From Octopus bimaculoides (lineage: Eukaryota): DNA of 64,000 nt. How positions within the stretch are numbered: the stretch's first letter is position 1; each line of letters opens with the position of its first letter. The position numbers and the translations under genes are program-made. The DNA lies in assembly GCF_001194135.2 (NCBI RefSeq), contig NC_068997.1:37309834-37373833 (forward strand), given 5' to 3'. The notes beneath the pieces are model-generated. The model saw nothing but the letters and a program-made list of their open reading frames with translations, did not search any database and had not been told where the DNA came from. Positions 63,250 through 64,000 of the stretch are shown here, in pieces.

Positions 63250-63615
63250 ACATCTGACACATACACAAACTACTTTTTCTTTTAACTTTCCTGTGAAACT
63301 GCTGCACCTCTTATGTATCCATAGTTTGCACTGGATACATAAGAGGAACTCCTACTTACATCTTTTCTACATATCGAGCAAGGCCATCTCCCTGAAGGGA
63401 TTGGAGATTTATCTGCTTTCCTATTTGCTAGACCTTTTATCTTTGCTAAATTAACTAAGGCCTTTTGATTCCAGACTTTGCTTCAACACCTGAAATTTCT
63501 TCTCTAATTCTAGTTGAGATTCAGCAATAAGAACAATGTCATCAGCATAGAGAAGCTCCCAAGGGCAACCACTTTTAAATTCTTCTATTATGGCCTAGAG
63601 GACTATGATAAACAC
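63250..63615 (-). mobile_element. RTE-X RT fragment
   Basis: Homologous to 51450-51740 and 55780-56100 (WELLYADD region). Confidence 0.7.
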
Positions 63616-63975
63616 TCCAAGTGTGTAGTGGGTGCTTTTCATGTGCTACCAGCATGAGTACCAGTTACAAAACACCGGCTTTGGCCATGACAACGATCTC
63701 ACTTGACTTGACAGGTCTTCTCAAGCATGGTATATTGCCAAAGGTTTCAGTTACATATATCACTGCCTCCATGAAGCCCAAAGTTCGAAGGGTGCTTTTT
63801 GCATGCCAGGTATGCATCACTGACATTGGCCACAACTATGATTTCACTTGACTTGATGGGTCTTCTCAAGCACAACATATCACCCAATATTTAAAGGGTG
63901 CTTTTTACGTGCCACCAGCACATGTGCCAGTTACATGACACTGGCATCAGCCACAACTGTGATTTCACTTGACTT
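63615..63975 (-). mobile_element. RTE-X-like 3' UTR with internal repeats
   Basis: GTAGTGGGTGCTTTT start; GAT(T/C)TCACTTGACTT repeated three times. Confidence 0.5.
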
Positions 63976-64000
63976 CATATATATATATATATATATATAT

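Overview
Eukaryotic, AT-rich, microsatellite-dense and repeat-dominated DNA with several N gaps. It is probably intronic or intergenic sequence from a coleoid cephalopod (Octopus-like SINEs and RTE-X 3' ends; an inference). No intact host gene, rRNA, tRNA gene or CRISPR array can be supported; only weak candidate exons were seen. The window holds decayed LINEs (CR1, RTE, RTE-X, R4/Dong-like), one near-complete Gypsy LTR element (21867-26231, minus), DNA transposons (two copies of a Tigger/pogo element, mariner, a full-length DD36E Tc1-like element, a Helitron helicase fragment) and many tRNA-derived SINEs. Two observations stand out. (1) Penelope-like terminal-repeat elements carry minimal hammerhead ribozyme motifs: a 410-bp foldback that mimics a MITE (20833-21242), a near-intact hammerhead at 44436-44501 with a related 3' tail, and a ~950-bp head-to-head palindrome (34003-34957) with two decayed hammerheads. 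(2) A 1.65-kb ORF1-only (gag-like, CCHC knuckle) retroposon lies between perfect 16-bp target-site duplications (27114-28762). All alignments, folds and counts were done by eye and need computational confirmation.
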